Shown: piece after piece, positions 1 through 12,893 of the stretch | Position numbering within the stretch: position 1 is the first letter of the stretch | How the letters are laid out: every line of letters begins with the position of its first letter | Assembly: GCA_963514005.1 (NCBI GenBank) | Contig: OY740790.1 | Span: forward strand, 38,068,001-38,132,000 | Source: Raja brachyura | Lineage: Eukaryota | Length of the DNA: 64,000 bases | Reading direction: 5' to 3' | Position numbers and translations under genes: made by a program | The notes under the pieces: model-generated | What the model was told of the DNA's origin: nothing | What the model saw: the letters and a program-made list of their open reading frames with translations, nothing else | The model's database searches: none

Positions 1-34
1 ATAAAGTTACCCCTTTGGCTCCTATGAAATCTCT

Positions 35-71
<37 letters not shown>

Positions 72-495
72 ACCCTCATTTAAATCTGTCCTCTGGTTCT
101 CAATTCTCCTACTCTGGGCAAAAGAATGTTAATTTACCTGATCTATTCCTCTTGCGATCTTGTACCCCTCTATAAGATCACCCTGCATCCTCTGAGATGC
201 TCTAAGGAATAAACCATCTTCACTGTCTACAATACTACCCACTTTAGTATCATCTGCAAACTTGCTAATCAAACTTTGTGCATTCTCATCCAAATCGTTA
301 ATATAGATGGCAAACAGCAATGGGCCCAGCACTGAACCTTGAGGTACACGATTTGTCCCAGACCTCCAGTCTGAAAGACAACCTTCTACCATCACCCTTT
401 GCTTTCTTCCATGAAGCCAATTTCTATCCATGGATTTAGCTATCTCTCCACGGATCCCATGCGATCTAACCTTCCAGAGTAGCCTATCATGAGGA
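1..495 (-). mobile_element. CR1-clade (HER1-like) LINE fragment, RT domain with internal deletion
   Basis: ORF 129-431(-) has QRVMVEG..SDW..VPQGSVLGPLLFAIYINDL..SKFADDTK, typical of CR1 RT. It then jumps directly to the C-terminal RMxGDLIExYKI motif. Confidence 0.92.
36..71. repeat. poly-C homopolymer (36 nt) inside CR1 fragment
   Basis: Direct read of the sequence. Confidence 0.9.
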
Positions 496-518
496 TGAAA
501 GAGAATCCCAGCAGTGAT

Positions 519-550
519 GTCTGAAGAAGGGTCTCGACCCGAAACGTCGC
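519..550 (+). ncRNA. Minimal type I hammerhead ribozyme motif
   Basis: CUGAAGA (521-527), extra A, stem II GGGUC/GACCC, GAAA, C-GUC cleavage triplet (546-548), and palindromic ACGU in place of helix III. Activity untested. Confidence 0.65.
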
Positions 551-613
551 CTATCTCCTTCGCTCCTTAGATGCTGCTGCACCCGCTGAGTTTCTCCAGC
601 TTTTTGTGTAACC
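519..613 (+). mobile_element. Short Penelope-derived, hammerhead-bearing element (young copy)
   Basis: gtctgaagaagggtctcgacccgaaacgtcgcctatctcc...gctgagtttctccagctttttgtgtaac. It differs by one base from the reverse complement of 12894-12987. Confidence 0.85.
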
Positions 614-1141
614 CAGAGATGTCTAAACGTTTGTTTCATGTTGTTGGAAGACACTGTGCATGTCATGAAGGAAACCAGAACAATAAATTGAGGACTTTGT
701 AAACCATCCATAAATCCTCATGTTTACCTTCATGTTTTATCTAATATAGAAATTTAGTGGTATACCAGATGTAAAAAAGCATGGCACCAAGCAGTCTATT
801 TTTGTTGGCACTTACTTCTAGGTGTTCTCAGCATCATTACCACACTAGAATTGTGATGCCAATTGCGTGTTTGACCCTATTGGAGGGCCCGGCACTGCAG
901 TTGGTTGAGTATGAAGAAATGGCTGTGATAAGTAGACTAGGTCCTTATATGCATACTTTCGCCAACTAAAATTATTTGTATTTTCTTCAACCTGAATGGA
1001 TTAGTATACATAATGAATACGATTCACCACAGATTAAGTTCATATTTAGTTATGGAAGTTAAATATTTTTGCTGCAGTCCCAATAATAATAGGTATTGAT
1101 TTCATCTATCTTGGATGATCATATTCAAAATTTCTACTCAT

Positions 1142-1429
1142 GTTTAGTTTAGAGATACAACATGGAAACAAGCCATTCAGCCCACGGGTCCATGCTGACC
1201 AGCGATCCCCGTACACTAGCTCTATCCTACATGCTTGGGACAGTTTACAATTTTTAGCAAAGCCAAATAACCTAAAAACCTTTACGTCTTTGGAGAGTGG
1301 GAGGAAGTCAGAGCACCTGGGGAAACCACATGCAGCCGTGGGAAGAACGTACAAACTCTGTGCAGACAGCACCCATTGTTAGGATCGAACCTGCAAGGCA
1401 GCAACTACCGCTGCAACACTGTGCCGCCC
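1142..1429 (-). mobile_element. HE1-like tRNA-derived V-SINE
   Basis: Reverse complement starts gggcggcacagtg (tRNA-like head with deletion). It contains the V-domain-like ttcctcccac and ends in a (ctaaa)n tail. Similar to 24115, 38537 and 52931. Confidence 0.9.
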
Positions 1430-4164
1430 TTGTTCTGGAAACTGAGGACTAAAGGTGCTGCAGAATCTTTGATACACAAATTCATGTTTGGAAATATTTG
1501 CCAATTAATTTCTATTTTACTTGTCTTAAAAGGAAAAACACTGTTCAAAAACTCCAGATGGCTTTCAATAGACAACGGACAAAATCCCTCCAGATACCTG
1601 GCTTCTGAGACTAAATTATGAACATGTGCCACGTTGTACAGGTGAACAAGCAGTCTGGCTTGCAAAATAAATGTGGGGGTTGCCTAGTAAGAATTATAGT
1701 CCAAAGGAGTAAGGCTGCCAGTATTTTATTCCATCATCCTAGATTCTAACATGAAACTAACAAAAACTTGTCCCACTCACTGTATGCAGAGGGTTGGATC
1801 TGAATATTAATGATTGGTAGGAGTGATCCATGCAAAATGTTACATCCTACCACGTTATAGCATATCTGGCCACCAGCCTTTTGAATTAATGTACAGCATC
1901 ATGACTCCCTCATTAATAAAGCACAGGCAAGGCCAACAAACTCCAACCCCCACTCCTCTGCCCCAACCATCCCTTGTCACCAATAGAACACACCCAGTCC
2001 TTATTGTATGGCTTTCAAAGACATTAGTTTTGTTTTAATACATTGAATCATTAGGCGTGAAATCTTCATTCGGGAAAATAATGGATGTCGAGCAGAGAGC
2101 AGTTTTAAACACTAGAAGCACACACGGTGTTAAATGAAGTAAGGTAACATTTAGAAATAAATTAAGGACAAGAAGGCTTCGAACATAATTTATATCCAAA
2201 ATTTGAAAAGCTTTCCTGCAGTTTATTGCAGACCTCCTGCAATGGTATAAATAACACTGGGGGTCTGGTATTTCTTTTATAAATATACTTTTCATCTGCA
2301 GTTTTATACAAAACCTGAAACTACACAGAGACTGATGAAATCTATAATCCATTCAGTGGGAGGCAAGAAAGAATTTTCTCTTTCAATAAAAGTCTCTGGC
2401 TGTGGGAGAGCTGGGGGTGGGGAGGTGGGTTTGGGGGATGTGGGGGTAAGATTGTTTTAACCTGACGGCTCAGTTTTCAAAAAAAAGCAGGGGGGCCAGG
2501 TAGGATGTATGGTCTACATGCTGCGAGCCAGTTGTAAAAAGATATAGAATACAGCTTGAAGTTTTTTTTCTGTTATGCATGAACAAAGAATAAGACAATG
2601 GGATATTTATTAGAACTTTGATTTAGTGCTGAAAGCTGCTCTCTGACCTGAAATAAATTTGTGTTCACAGTCTAAAAGGCTTTGTGGGGAAAGACCAAAG
2701 TGATGCAAGCCATCTGCATTGGGCTCTATGCCAGTCGTTTGCCAGTATGCTTAGGCCACCTGGCTCAATACACAGCCAAGTATGCCAGTGACTAGCCAGC
2801 TTCACCCCTCGGGCCGCTGGCTTAAAGCTCTTTTGAAATGCAGGGAGCCAGAAACTATGTTCAAACTCTCCCTTGCCGACATCTTTGTCTGTTGGTAGAC
2901 AGACTGTGTAGTCATGAGCAGCAGACAGTAAGCTGGCCTCACTCTGAGTGAGCTCATTCTTTGTCTGTGGAAGAATTCAATATTGGTGCATTGTCACTAT
3001 GCTATCACCTGGACCATGAGACTGGCACAGAGTAATAGGCAGAAGACGGTACCATGTGCTGTGATAAAGAATACGTTAAATGATTACAGGCTGAATGCCA
3101 GCTGCTTTGAATCCCAGTTGACTTGTTAACTCTTTCGGACTTCAATACCCTGTAACATCTTGTTTCTTTACACACTGAAAAGAAAATGAAATATAGCCCT
3201 TATAAATAGACCTTTCGGCAGTTTATTTGGTTTCTATCTTCCATAAGCTTTCAGAGCAGAAGCATTTTTCTTTTGAAAAAGGAATTGCGCTTCAAGTGAG
3301 CTCAACATTTATTTGGTTTGTAGGTTTTTGTTTTGTTACTTGTAGGACACCCTGAGAGTATTCATTACAATTTACAATATGAATGCGGTTTGGAGGTAAT
3401 GTTATCATAATTATGTATTGATTGCTATGATTCTGTGCCTCTGTTATGTTAATAGCAATGGCATGTCCTTCATACTTATTGCACATTTTTGTCCTGAAAA
3501 ACAAATTACAGACTAATTTGCTCGCAGAATGGTAAATTTTGTAATTTCAGAATTAGGTTAGAAGTGGGAAGGAAGGGGAAGATAGCTGAATGACCAGCTG
3601 GTGTACAAGGAGGACTTTTCCCTTTTTCAATATTAAATTGCTGAAAAGCTTTTTAAACAATTGCTCAATCTAGGCAAGGATTGCATGTTTATACTGTCTA
3701 GCCCAAAATTCCGATCTACCGATCTAGAGCGGACTCTACACTTTCCTAAAGGGAGTACCACTTTCACCAGTTATATTTTAAAACCTTGATGTTTCAGTTC
3801 ATTGGTAATTCCTTCCCAAATCTTGAAAGGGGAATTCTTTACATAAAAGGGCCAAGCACCTGCTTCTTCTGGATACCTTTTTGACGGGGGGTGGTTGGAG
3901 GTTTCAGAACAAATGGATGGTGGGGTTTTACAAGCTGCCATAACTTCATTGAGCAAAGACATAATTTTGCATTGTGTTATGTTTTTGGTAAAGTTGTCAT
4001 TTTCCTAATCTGCTGCCTTAGGGAATTATAACATTGTGCAGAGCCATGATATTTGCATCCTTGGCTTTTCTGAGAGAAAACTGATGGATGCCAGGCAGAG
4101 ACCATCATTCAATCAATCCCGCCACTAACTATGACATGATAATGATCAGGGTAGAGGATATGCC

Positions 4165-4522
4165 TATCGACAATAGACAACTTCTTTGTCATATACACCA
4201 AAATGAAATTCCTTTGTCACATGAAGCTCATGGAATTAGAGTATGTGGTTATAATAAATACACCACTAAATACAAGTGCAAAACAGCAGAATGGTGCAAA
4301 GATTGTAATAGTGCAAAAAAGAGTAAGAATATGGGGCAGCATCTCTGGGAAGGGATGTGAAAGAGGTGTTTGGTTCAGGAATCTGCTAGCGGTGGAGTAG
4401 AAGTTGTTCTTAAGTCTGGACATCAAAGCTTTCAAGTTCCTGTACCTTCTCCAGAAGATAAGAGAGAAAAGGGAAAGGCCAAGATGTCAGGCACCCTGGA
4501 TGATACTTCCAGCCTTGCTGAT
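4165..4522 (-). mobile_element. Older Rex1/Babar LINE 3' end
   Basis: ORF 4217-4435(-) KALMSRLKNNFYSTASRFLN matches the Rex1 terminal motif. The 3' UTR resembles 27775-27860. Confidence 0.7.
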
Positions 4523-5191
4523 CAAAAGTCAAAGTCAAAGTCAAACAAGTCAAAGTCAAACAAACTTTATTGTCATTTAGAAATACATTGATATATGCAG
4601 TTCCAAAACGAAATTACGTTGCATTTGGCTCCCTGTGCAACACAATAAATTAACAGAAGGATAGGCATGGATGAAAAGGATAAATAGACAATGGTGGCAG
4701 CCCATTACATGGCATTCAGGAGTCTGATGGCTCATGGGAGGAAGCTTTTGCAGAACCTTGATGTTCTGCTCCTTATGCCGCGATATCTTTTTCCCGAGGG
4801 CAGCAGAGTGAACAGTCCGTGATGGAGATGTGTGGGGTCTTTTATAATACTGCTGGCCTTAGACACGCAACGTTTGGTCGCAATATCCCCGATTGAGGGG
4901 AGAGAGGTCCCGGTGATTTTTTCCGCTGTCCTCACCACTCCCTGCACAGACTTCCAGTCGGAGGCTCTACAGTCCCCAAACCAGACAGAGATACAGCTGG
5001 TCAGAATACTCTCTATGGTGCCCCTGTAGAAAGTAGTGAGGATGGGATGGGGGAGATGAGCTCTTCTCATCCGGCGCAGAAAGTGCAACCGCTGCTGCGC
5101 TCTCTTAACTGTTGATGAGATGTTATTCGACCAGGTCAGACTGTTAGTGATCTGCACCCCCAGGAACTTTGTGCTACTGACCACCTCCACA
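4523..5191 (-). mobile_element. Young 5'-truncated Rex1/Babar LINE
   Basis: Uninterrupted frame KFLGVQIT..LTWS..KRAQQRLHFLRR..FYRGTIESILTSCISVWFG..IIKDPTH..LFTLLPSGKRYR. (TTTGAC)n tail at 4523-4560. TSD-like ttgctgat/tcgctgat at 4515-4522 and 5192-5199. Confidence 0.92.
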
Positions 5192-5850
5192 TCGCTGATG
5201 CAATGCACCATGAAGATGGACTGGATGGGAGGAAGTAACAAGCCTGTGATGGGCTGGGTTGTGTTCTCCACATGCTGCAGGTTTGAATGGTCAAGAGAAG
5301 AGTCAAGAGTGTTTTATTGTCCTATGTCCGGATGGGACAATGAAATTCTTACTTGCCATACCAGGCGGAGATGCATTATGTTCGAATATTTAACATTATG
5401 CATCTCTAGAGGTTCAAAAGAATCCTCGTGGACATATCAAATCTAAAGTAAATATGCTGTTGCATTTCTTGTTCACTCCATCAGTGTGAAGGGACCAGGT
5501 TAGATTGATGTGGATGATGGATACGGTGATATGGATGGCAAGAAACCTGAAGCTGTCACCCATCTCTGCAACAGGACCATTGATGAGGACAGGGTTGTGT
5601 TCACCTCCCCATTGTTAGGTCAGCAACTTTTTATCTTGTTGTTACTAAAGGCTAGGTTGTTGCATTGACACCATGCCACAAGGTTCCCAATTTTTATTTT
5701 CTTGTATTCCATTGTCGACTGGCTGGCAACAGGGGCAAACTTTAAGATCAAACGGTACTTAGCCACACAGTGATGGCAGAGAGCAGGGCACTGAGAACAC
5801 AATTTTGAGGAGCACATGTCAGAGAGATGAAAATGTCATGACTGATTCTA
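5192..5850 (-). mobile_element. Older Rex1/Babar LINE RT region (continuation of 4165-4522), interrupted by a short Rex1-type tail at ~5290-5357
   Basis: Degenerate VENTTQPITG..LPPIQ and NLVAWCQCNNL motifs. Confidence 0.7.
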
Positions 5851-5860
5851 ACTGACTGCC

Positions 5861-5931
5861 AATAGACAATAGGTGCAGGAGTAGGCCATTCAGCCCTTCG
5901 AGATAGCACCGCCATTTAATGTGATCATGGC
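5861..5931 (-). mobile_element. HER1/CR1 LINE extreme 3' tail
   Basis: gacaataggtgcaggagtaggccattcagcccttcgag..gccatttaatgtgatcatgg, the same tail as 33600-33677 and 50716-50800. Confidence 0.85.
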
Positions 5932-6062
5932 ATGTGCCAGTGATGAAGTCCACAATTGGTGTACAATTTCAGAACCTGTCCAGAGACTCCATCTGAGTCA
6001 AATTCTCTTGGGTAGCTGATCGAGCTTCTCCCTCAGTCAAGAGAGTATAGACTCGGACCCAG

Positions 6063-6295
6063 AGCATTTGAGACCCAGGTTCAATCCTCACCTCTAGTGT
6101 TGTCCGTGTAGAGTGTGCACGCTCTCCCTGTGACCACGTGGGTTTCTTCTGGGTGCCCTGGTTTCCTCCCACATCACATAGACATCCTGGTTTGTAGGTA
6201 ATTGGCCCCTATAAATTGCCCTGAATGTGGAGAGAATGGATAGAAAGTACGATAGCATGGAACTGGTGTGAGCAGGTGATCAATGGGCGGCTTGG
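6063..6295 (+). mobile_element. HE1-like SINE, older copy lacking its 5' start
   Basis: B-box-like ggttcaatcc followed by ctccctgtgaccacgtgggtttc..ggtttcctcccacatc. Confidence 0.8.
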
Positions 6296-6984
6296 TGTAG
6301 TCTGAGAAAGAGTTTACCCTCATGAAAACAGATCTGATGTCTGCCACCTAAGATGTATGGGGCAGAGCCAGAGGGGGATTGGTGGGGGGGGGACGAGACA
6401 TACTTTAATGGAACTATGTTTCTCTGCACAAAACGGGCATTAAGCTCATCCCACAGAGACGTGCCATTGTCAGAGATAACCCCTGTTTTTTGGTTTATGG
6501 CCCATGATTATATTTATGCTTATTATGCAGTTGTCCAGTTTCCGCTTGACTGAATGAATCCTCTAACATTTTCTGGAATTCCCTCTTCGGACCCCTGATG
6601 GCATCCTGGAGATACCTGGCCTTCTTGTACGGGGTCATGGATCTTGAAAGCCTCACCTCTACATGTTAGCATAGAGTGAATATCCCTATTCATTCAAGGT
6701 TTCTGTTGAGGGTTGACGCTAATTGTCTCTGTCAGAATGCAGTCACATTTTCCAATGAAACCAGTGACAACAGTGGTAAACTAATTCAGGCTGGTGAAGG
6801 GTTCTTGAGCATGTTCCATCCACTGACTCACAGTAGTCTTGAAGTAGACTTTCTGCCTCCTTAGAACACTGATGCATTACTCTCTTCATCAGTATCTTGC
6901 ACTTCAATCTCTGTCCATCGGCCGACAGGAACAGCATTGTCTGATGATCAGGCTGGCCGAAATGGAAACGAGGGATGGAGTGAT

Positions 6985-7281
6985 GGTCATAAGGTCATGT
7001 GATAGGAGAAGAATTAGGCCATTCTGCACATCAAGTCTACTCTGCCATTCAATCATGGCTGATCTATCTCTCCCCATGCTCCTGCCTTCTCCCCATAACC
7101 TCTGACACTTGTACTAATCAAGAATCTATCTATCTCTGCCTTAAAAATATCCACTGACTTGACCTCAACAGCTTTCTATGGCAAAGAATTCCACAGATTC
7201 ACCACCCTCTTTCTAAATAAATCTCTCCTCATCTCCTTCCTAAAAGAACATACTTTAATTCTGAGACTATGACCTCTAGTC
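6985..7281 (-). mobile_element. HER1/CR1 LINE 3' end
   Basis: gccattcaatcatggctgatc..ccttctccccata..gaattccacagattcaccaccctct. Homologous to 41910-42110 and 47755-48250. Confidence 0.88.
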
Positions 7282-8229
7282 ATAGGTGTTTGATGGTGTA
7301 ACAAAAGTCTAGTGTTAACACCCTATGTGATGTTGGAGACATGCTGACAGTATTTGAGAAGCATCGCTCCCTAAATTGGATTTTTTTTTTTCTGTACGGG
7401 AGAGTTCTTGTTAGGAAGCCCTGATCCAAGTTACTTTCCTACCTGTAGATAATTAGCACATTCATACGGGAACATGGAAATAAGTGTAGACCATTTGGCC
7501 TCTTCAATTTGTTTTTCCATTAATTTATTTTAAGGCTGATTTCTACCATATATCCAGCTTAGCTCCATTTCTCTTAATTCCTTTGTTGACTCAAGTCTAA
7601 AAACTTAAAATTAAAATTAACACTTTACCGAAAAATTGATAAATGATATTTTTCGAAGAGAGTTCCAAAAATCTGTCATCTTGTGACAGTTTTTAAATTA
7701 CTTGCAAGAAGGAATAACTTTTCAAGGAACTCCCAAGGGCTTGCTGAGCACTTTATATACCCAATTTGAGATTGCACAGAATTTACAATCCATAAAATTT
7801 CAAAATTAATCGATGTGGGAATTTGCCAATCAGAAATTCTCACACATTTTTATTCTGGAGTCAGTTTGGGCCCAGACTTGGAAATGACACAACGCAAGTT
7901 CTCCAACTTTGGCAGGTCTCCATGTCTGCTGGAAGTGCTAATCATAACTTTAGGCAAACTCTGCACACTTTTAATGGAGGAGTCAGATATCTCCACCAAG
8001 GCTAGATCGTTTTAACAGTCTGAAATTGAAAATATTATTCCAGACAATTTCAGTAATAGATAATTAAGTGCTTTCTTCCTTCATTAATTGGATGTGGATG
8101 TCGCTTCAAGCCAGCACAATAACCAGTGGTATTGTGGTTAAGTTGCTGGAGTTTCATTCAAAGGAGCTGGAATTGGATATTTTGGTAAAGCATTTTAGGG
8201 ATAGTGAAAGACAAACATGTTGAAAGGCC

Positions 8230-8445
8230 ACAATGAGTAAATGTGAAATTCCTTCACTTAAGAGGGTGAGTGGATATTTGGGTTTTTAAGCCAATCGAGG
8301 TTTCATGGTTTATATTATACTACAATTATTTAATTATTTGAATTTAAATTCCCAGCAGTTGCCTTGTGATTACATTTCTCTGGATCGATACTCCAAATCT
8401 CAAGATGCTACCTGAGTAATTCAACAACTAGAGGCACTGCACCCT
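8230..8445 (-). mobile_element. Old tRNA-derived SINE remnant
   Basis: Degenerate gggtttttaag..ggtttcatggt..ttgaatttaaattccc..ctctggat pattern recalled from chondrichthyan SINEs. Confidence 0.4.
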
Positions 8446-9210
8446 TCCCTGTTTTAGCTGCATTTTATAATGCTCATGGGACACCCACTGATTGTGGGGG
8501 GAAAACTGCCGCTAGAAATGCATGAGCACCAGCTGCATCTTTAAAAAAAAGACGGAATGAAATTGTGATGGTACTGCATGGATTGGCTGTCCTGAATATT
8601 TAGCGACAGGCAGTTTGGGGCTTCTAGGCATACACTGGGAATGCTGAAAATCCTAAACATACTGACCAATTCGGAATGGCAAATCTGTCAGTTAATTCCA
8701 CTGCTGGACTCCTCAGTCTTGTAGAGATTAAATTGGGGAATTGCGTCTAATGGCCTTAGTTACGCTGGACCTGGTGTGGAAGCACAAACTCACTGATTTC
8801 AACGGAGATCGTTCACCCATGGACTAGGAGGCAACGAACCCCAGCACTTTTGTCTCACATCTTTCAATCGGACTATTTTGCTTAGGTCTAATGTTTTAAT
8901 CATTAATATTTCAGGTATTTCTATTTAATTATGTGTTTGAACTTATTTTAATTGTAAAACAACTTAAAATATTATTTTTTTAATTTCAGAGAACAAAAGG
9001 ACAAAATTAATTAACCTTCCAACCTGTACATCTGCTGTGGCTGGGGCTTGATCCACAGTCACACAGTACAGGGGGTGCTTTAGGGGGTGTGACTTCCTTA
9101 CGATGTATCAGAATTCCTGTCACCGTTCAGACCTTGTCACCGGAGCCCAGGATATTTTGTGATAGGCTGTTTGCAACCAGATGAGGGAAGTATCAGTGTA
9201 AGGGTTTGAA

Positions 9211-9306
9211 GTCTGAAGAAGTGTCTCGACCTGAAACGTCACCCATTCCTTCTCTTCGGAGAAGCTGCCTGTCCCGATGAGCTACTCCAGCATTTTGTGT
9301 GTATCT
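9211..9306 (+). mobile_element. Short Penelope-derived hammerhead-bearing element
   Basis: gtctgaagaagtgtctcgacctgaaacgtcacccattcc...actccagcattttgtgt. gtgtaagg is present on both flanks. Confidence 0.85.
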
Positions 9307-10789
9307 AACGGTGTAAGGAGATTAGGCTAAGAAATGGCGTGAGGAAAAGTACAGAAAATATGCAGGATATTCCCTTATTATTGAAAAAAAGAATAGCTGA
9401 AGAACAATTGAGATACAATTCAGTTAGTTAAAGTTCCGAGGGTTAGAAACACAGATTTCATTTGGGATGATGTGTTGCAATGTTTCCCTCCTGTCAATAT
9501 TTAAGAATGAAGTGGGGGGAAGGATTATTTAAAGTATAAACTGGAAGTAGTTTTTCTGTTATCATTGGCCTAACGGTTTGTAGAATTTGTTCTATCAGGC
9601 TGCCTTCCTTTTAAGAAGCTCCTGTCACAGATCAGACAGGTCAAGTTGCAAGGCAATGGCTAATCAGTTCACACAGCAGATTGTCTGACTTCAGCTTGAA
9701 TTATCTCAGTCAGACATCCTGGCTGGTTCCGTCAGAAATGTCTGATGGCTTAAGCCTAGCAGGACCCAAAGCTTGGCAACCACTAAGCCAGAGATGAAAA
9801 AAAGGAAATCCTATCTCGATTGGTACTTTTCCCATCTAGGTTCTCCCACTGTAGATCGATGGACTGATCAATAGCTGGTTTTGAGTTGTTCATCTTGCTG
9901 CAGACTGATTTTAATGGAAACCTTGTGGCTCAGCACAAGCTTTTATCGTGTGTCAGAGGGGTTTGATTTCTACTGCAGCTGGCAGAGGCTCGATTTGATT
10001 CCCAGTGACAGCTTGTGTAACTTGAGTAGGGAAGGGAATCAACATTAACAAGTACTGATCAATCTCAACACCATTATTTAGTTGAAGCAAATATTGCTGT
10101 TTTGGATAAAATACATGAATGTGGATTTATTATACTGCTTCTATACATTAATGGGTTGCAAAGGTTGTGATTAAACTGATTGTGTTAGAGCAACATATAT
10201 AATTGTTTACTGAGCCTCTGGATTGAATCTTGAAGTTATGAATTGTAATCTAGGACCCCTGCTTATGAATTAGAGCTTTTAAGGAATATATTTTAGCTAT
10301 TTGCAATTTCAAGCAATCTTTGTTGTTAATGATGTAATGCTAAAGGGAAATCACACCTCCATATATAAAATATAAAATTGAAAATACACATTTGTTAGTT
10401 TCCTGGCTCAAAGGGTTCCAACTCTTACCGGCAGTAAAAAAAAGGGATATATCCTGAAAGATTCAGTAAAGTTTGGTTAAGTTTTAAGCTGGCCACTCCG
10501 TTCTGCAAAAGCACGATCAGTTGCCATTTCTATGTAAAGCTCGATTTGCCATGATTAACTATTCAAGCTGTGTCTAGTCAGTTAGCAGTAAGTAATGGCC
10601 AATTAATCCAATAGTTTATCACAAGGAATATATGCCACTTTCTGTAATAGAAGAGTAATTTAGAATAGCTAGTATAGTAAGCCATGTATTTATAGGTCTA
10701 CTATTCTTTGTGTCAGGGAAAAAGAAACGTAGCAGTGAAGCATTCATTATTAAAATACAGAAATATATGCTAGTCACTAATAAATCCAA

Positions 10790-11030
10790 TAAGAATTCTG
10801 GAGAAACTTGCTTATCAGAAGTGATTCATATTTAGAATTTGCTAACCCGATGAAGTAGTGGAGCTCAATAGCATGGATATATTTCAGAGAAAGCTAGTTA
10901 AATATGAGACATAAAAGAATTAAAAGATATACATATGGGGTTAGATTAAGTAAGGTGGATGAAGGCTTCTGATGAGTATAAGAGCAGTATAAGTCTGTGG
11001 GTTGAAAGCCCCTCTGTTTCTGTGTACCAA
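10790..11030 (+). mobile_element. Old CR1 3' region
   Basis: Degenerate cagaagtga..tagaatttgcta..gtagtggag..atttcagagaaagctag. Confidence 0.5.
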
Positions 11031-11339
11031 TTCAATGCATTTCGACTTTGTGTGAGGATGCATATTACACTATAAGCACAATGGGTTCAAATATTTAGAG
11101 TGAGAGGAGTGTAGTATTTATTTGTAATTAAATGTTTTATGTTTCATATCAACAGTTCCTGAAGACATGACAAACTTGTCAAAATTTATTCCACATGCAT
11201 GTGTTAGTATCATGGGCTGCCATTGTAAGTCTGTTCTAATATGGCATAGAACAAAGCCTAGTGCCTGTTCTGATGGTTCCACTTTCAGTGCTGGGCTGAT
11301 CAAATTAAAGCTAATCAAAAATTGTAAGTAACAAATACA

Positions 11340-11590
11340 AACTATAAACTGCTGGAAATTCTCAGTAGATTGACGCCAAGTGTGGATAGAAAAGCAGATT
11401 ATATTTGAAGTTAAATACTGTGCTGGAGAAACTCAGCAGGTTAGGCAGCATAACTGGAGAACATGGATAGGCGATGTTTTGGGGTGGGACCCTTCTTCAG
11501 ACATATTTGAGGTCAATTACTTGTCGTAATTGTTGCTCTTGCAGTATTTCTGCTTGACTTGATGAATTTTTCCAGCATTTTCAATCTTTA
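11340..11590. mobile_element. Old inverted (palindromic) Penelope-derived element interrupted centrally
   Basis: tgctggaaattctcag (11350-11365) versus tgatgaatttttccagca (~11560-11577) as degenerate inverted arms. Confidence 0.55.
11415..11502 (-). mobile_element. Hammerhead-bearing short element (degenerate core) with 14-bp TSD
   Basis: Reverse complement gtctgaagaagggtcccaccccaaaacatcgcc. Flanks atatttgaagttaa (11401-11414) and atatttgaggtcaa (11503-11516). Confidence 0.85.
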
Positions 11591-12893
11591 TTTTATATAA
11601 TAAAAATGAAAAATATGAGTAATAATCTTCAAATGAATAATAGTTTAATGCCAATGTCGAATGTTTTTGCTCACAGTGGACAGTATGGCAGACAATGTTG
11701 AAAGTTATATACCCGAAGTGAATTGAGACTGCAGTGGCCCTCTGACATATTGCTTTTTGTGTAAATGTGGTCAACGTTCAGGCACAAAAATATAAAATGA
11801 AATATCATCTACGGTTAGAAAATTACAACAAAGCAACAGTGAAACATTTTGTTCATCTATGACATTTCCACTTTGTTCTAGGTTATGTTGATATCACAAG
11901 CGATCAATCACCAATTGCTGACGAGCTTCCAATCTTATTTAATTTGATGGAATCATAGAATTGTATGAAAAAGAGATCACCCAGCCCATTAAATCCATCC
12001 CAGTTTTTTAAAGAACAATCTCATCAGTCTCCTTTAAATGCTTTTCCCGTGAGGTCTGCCAAAATTATTTCCCCTCAAGTGCTTATCCCTCACAAGGGAA
12101 GGATTAAAAGTATGTATGTTTGATCTTGTACTCTGACCAGCTTAATGGGCATGATGTGCTTGGACATGCATTGGACATGTACCCAAGTCCATAGTTCTAA
12201 AGAAAGCAAACCTGGCTGATTGATTCTCTCCTCATAACTGCAACACTCCATCCCAGGCAACTATAAAGATCTATAGTTCTAAACCACACAACAGAAGGGT
12301 GTTTAACTTTTCCTTCAGTGACTCGATAACCTTTTGGGCATTGATCCAGTTTATTGATAATGCAGGTAAAATTTGTAAAATCTGTTGCAATAATGTTGAT
12401 TATCTTCAATAACATCGAACAGAGATAGTCTGAGGTTTTATGCATATTAACCTCATGGGGAAGCAATTTAAACAAATATTTTAACCCTTCATGCTTAGAG
12501 TGTAATATGCATCTTCACACAAAGTTGTCCAATTAGAGGGCAGTTGATAATTGCTGAACAGATAGATCCTAACTACTTCCCTTGAGAAGAGGAAGAAAAT
12601 GAAAGCTCAAAGAAATAGTTAGCTTTATTTGTTGAGCATATCTGTCCTTCTATTAAAGATTTCCCCATTATACATTGATGCTCTTTCAGGGGGTTAATCA
12701 AATAATCATTTGTAAGAAACTTTATAACTTGAAGGCAGCCAGTTTGTCACTTGGTCATAAAGTCATTTCAGCTCACCACGTAAATGGCGACCATCAAGCA
12801 CACATGCATATTAAACCCGTGTATTAGCACTTGGTCCACAGCCTCCTCTGCCTTGGCAATTCATGTGTTTGTCTAAATACTTAAAAATCATGA

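Noticed and set aside
5940-5997. tgatga...ctga C/D-box-like pair
   Set aside because: Lies in LINE debris, with no terminal stem or recognisable rRNA guide.
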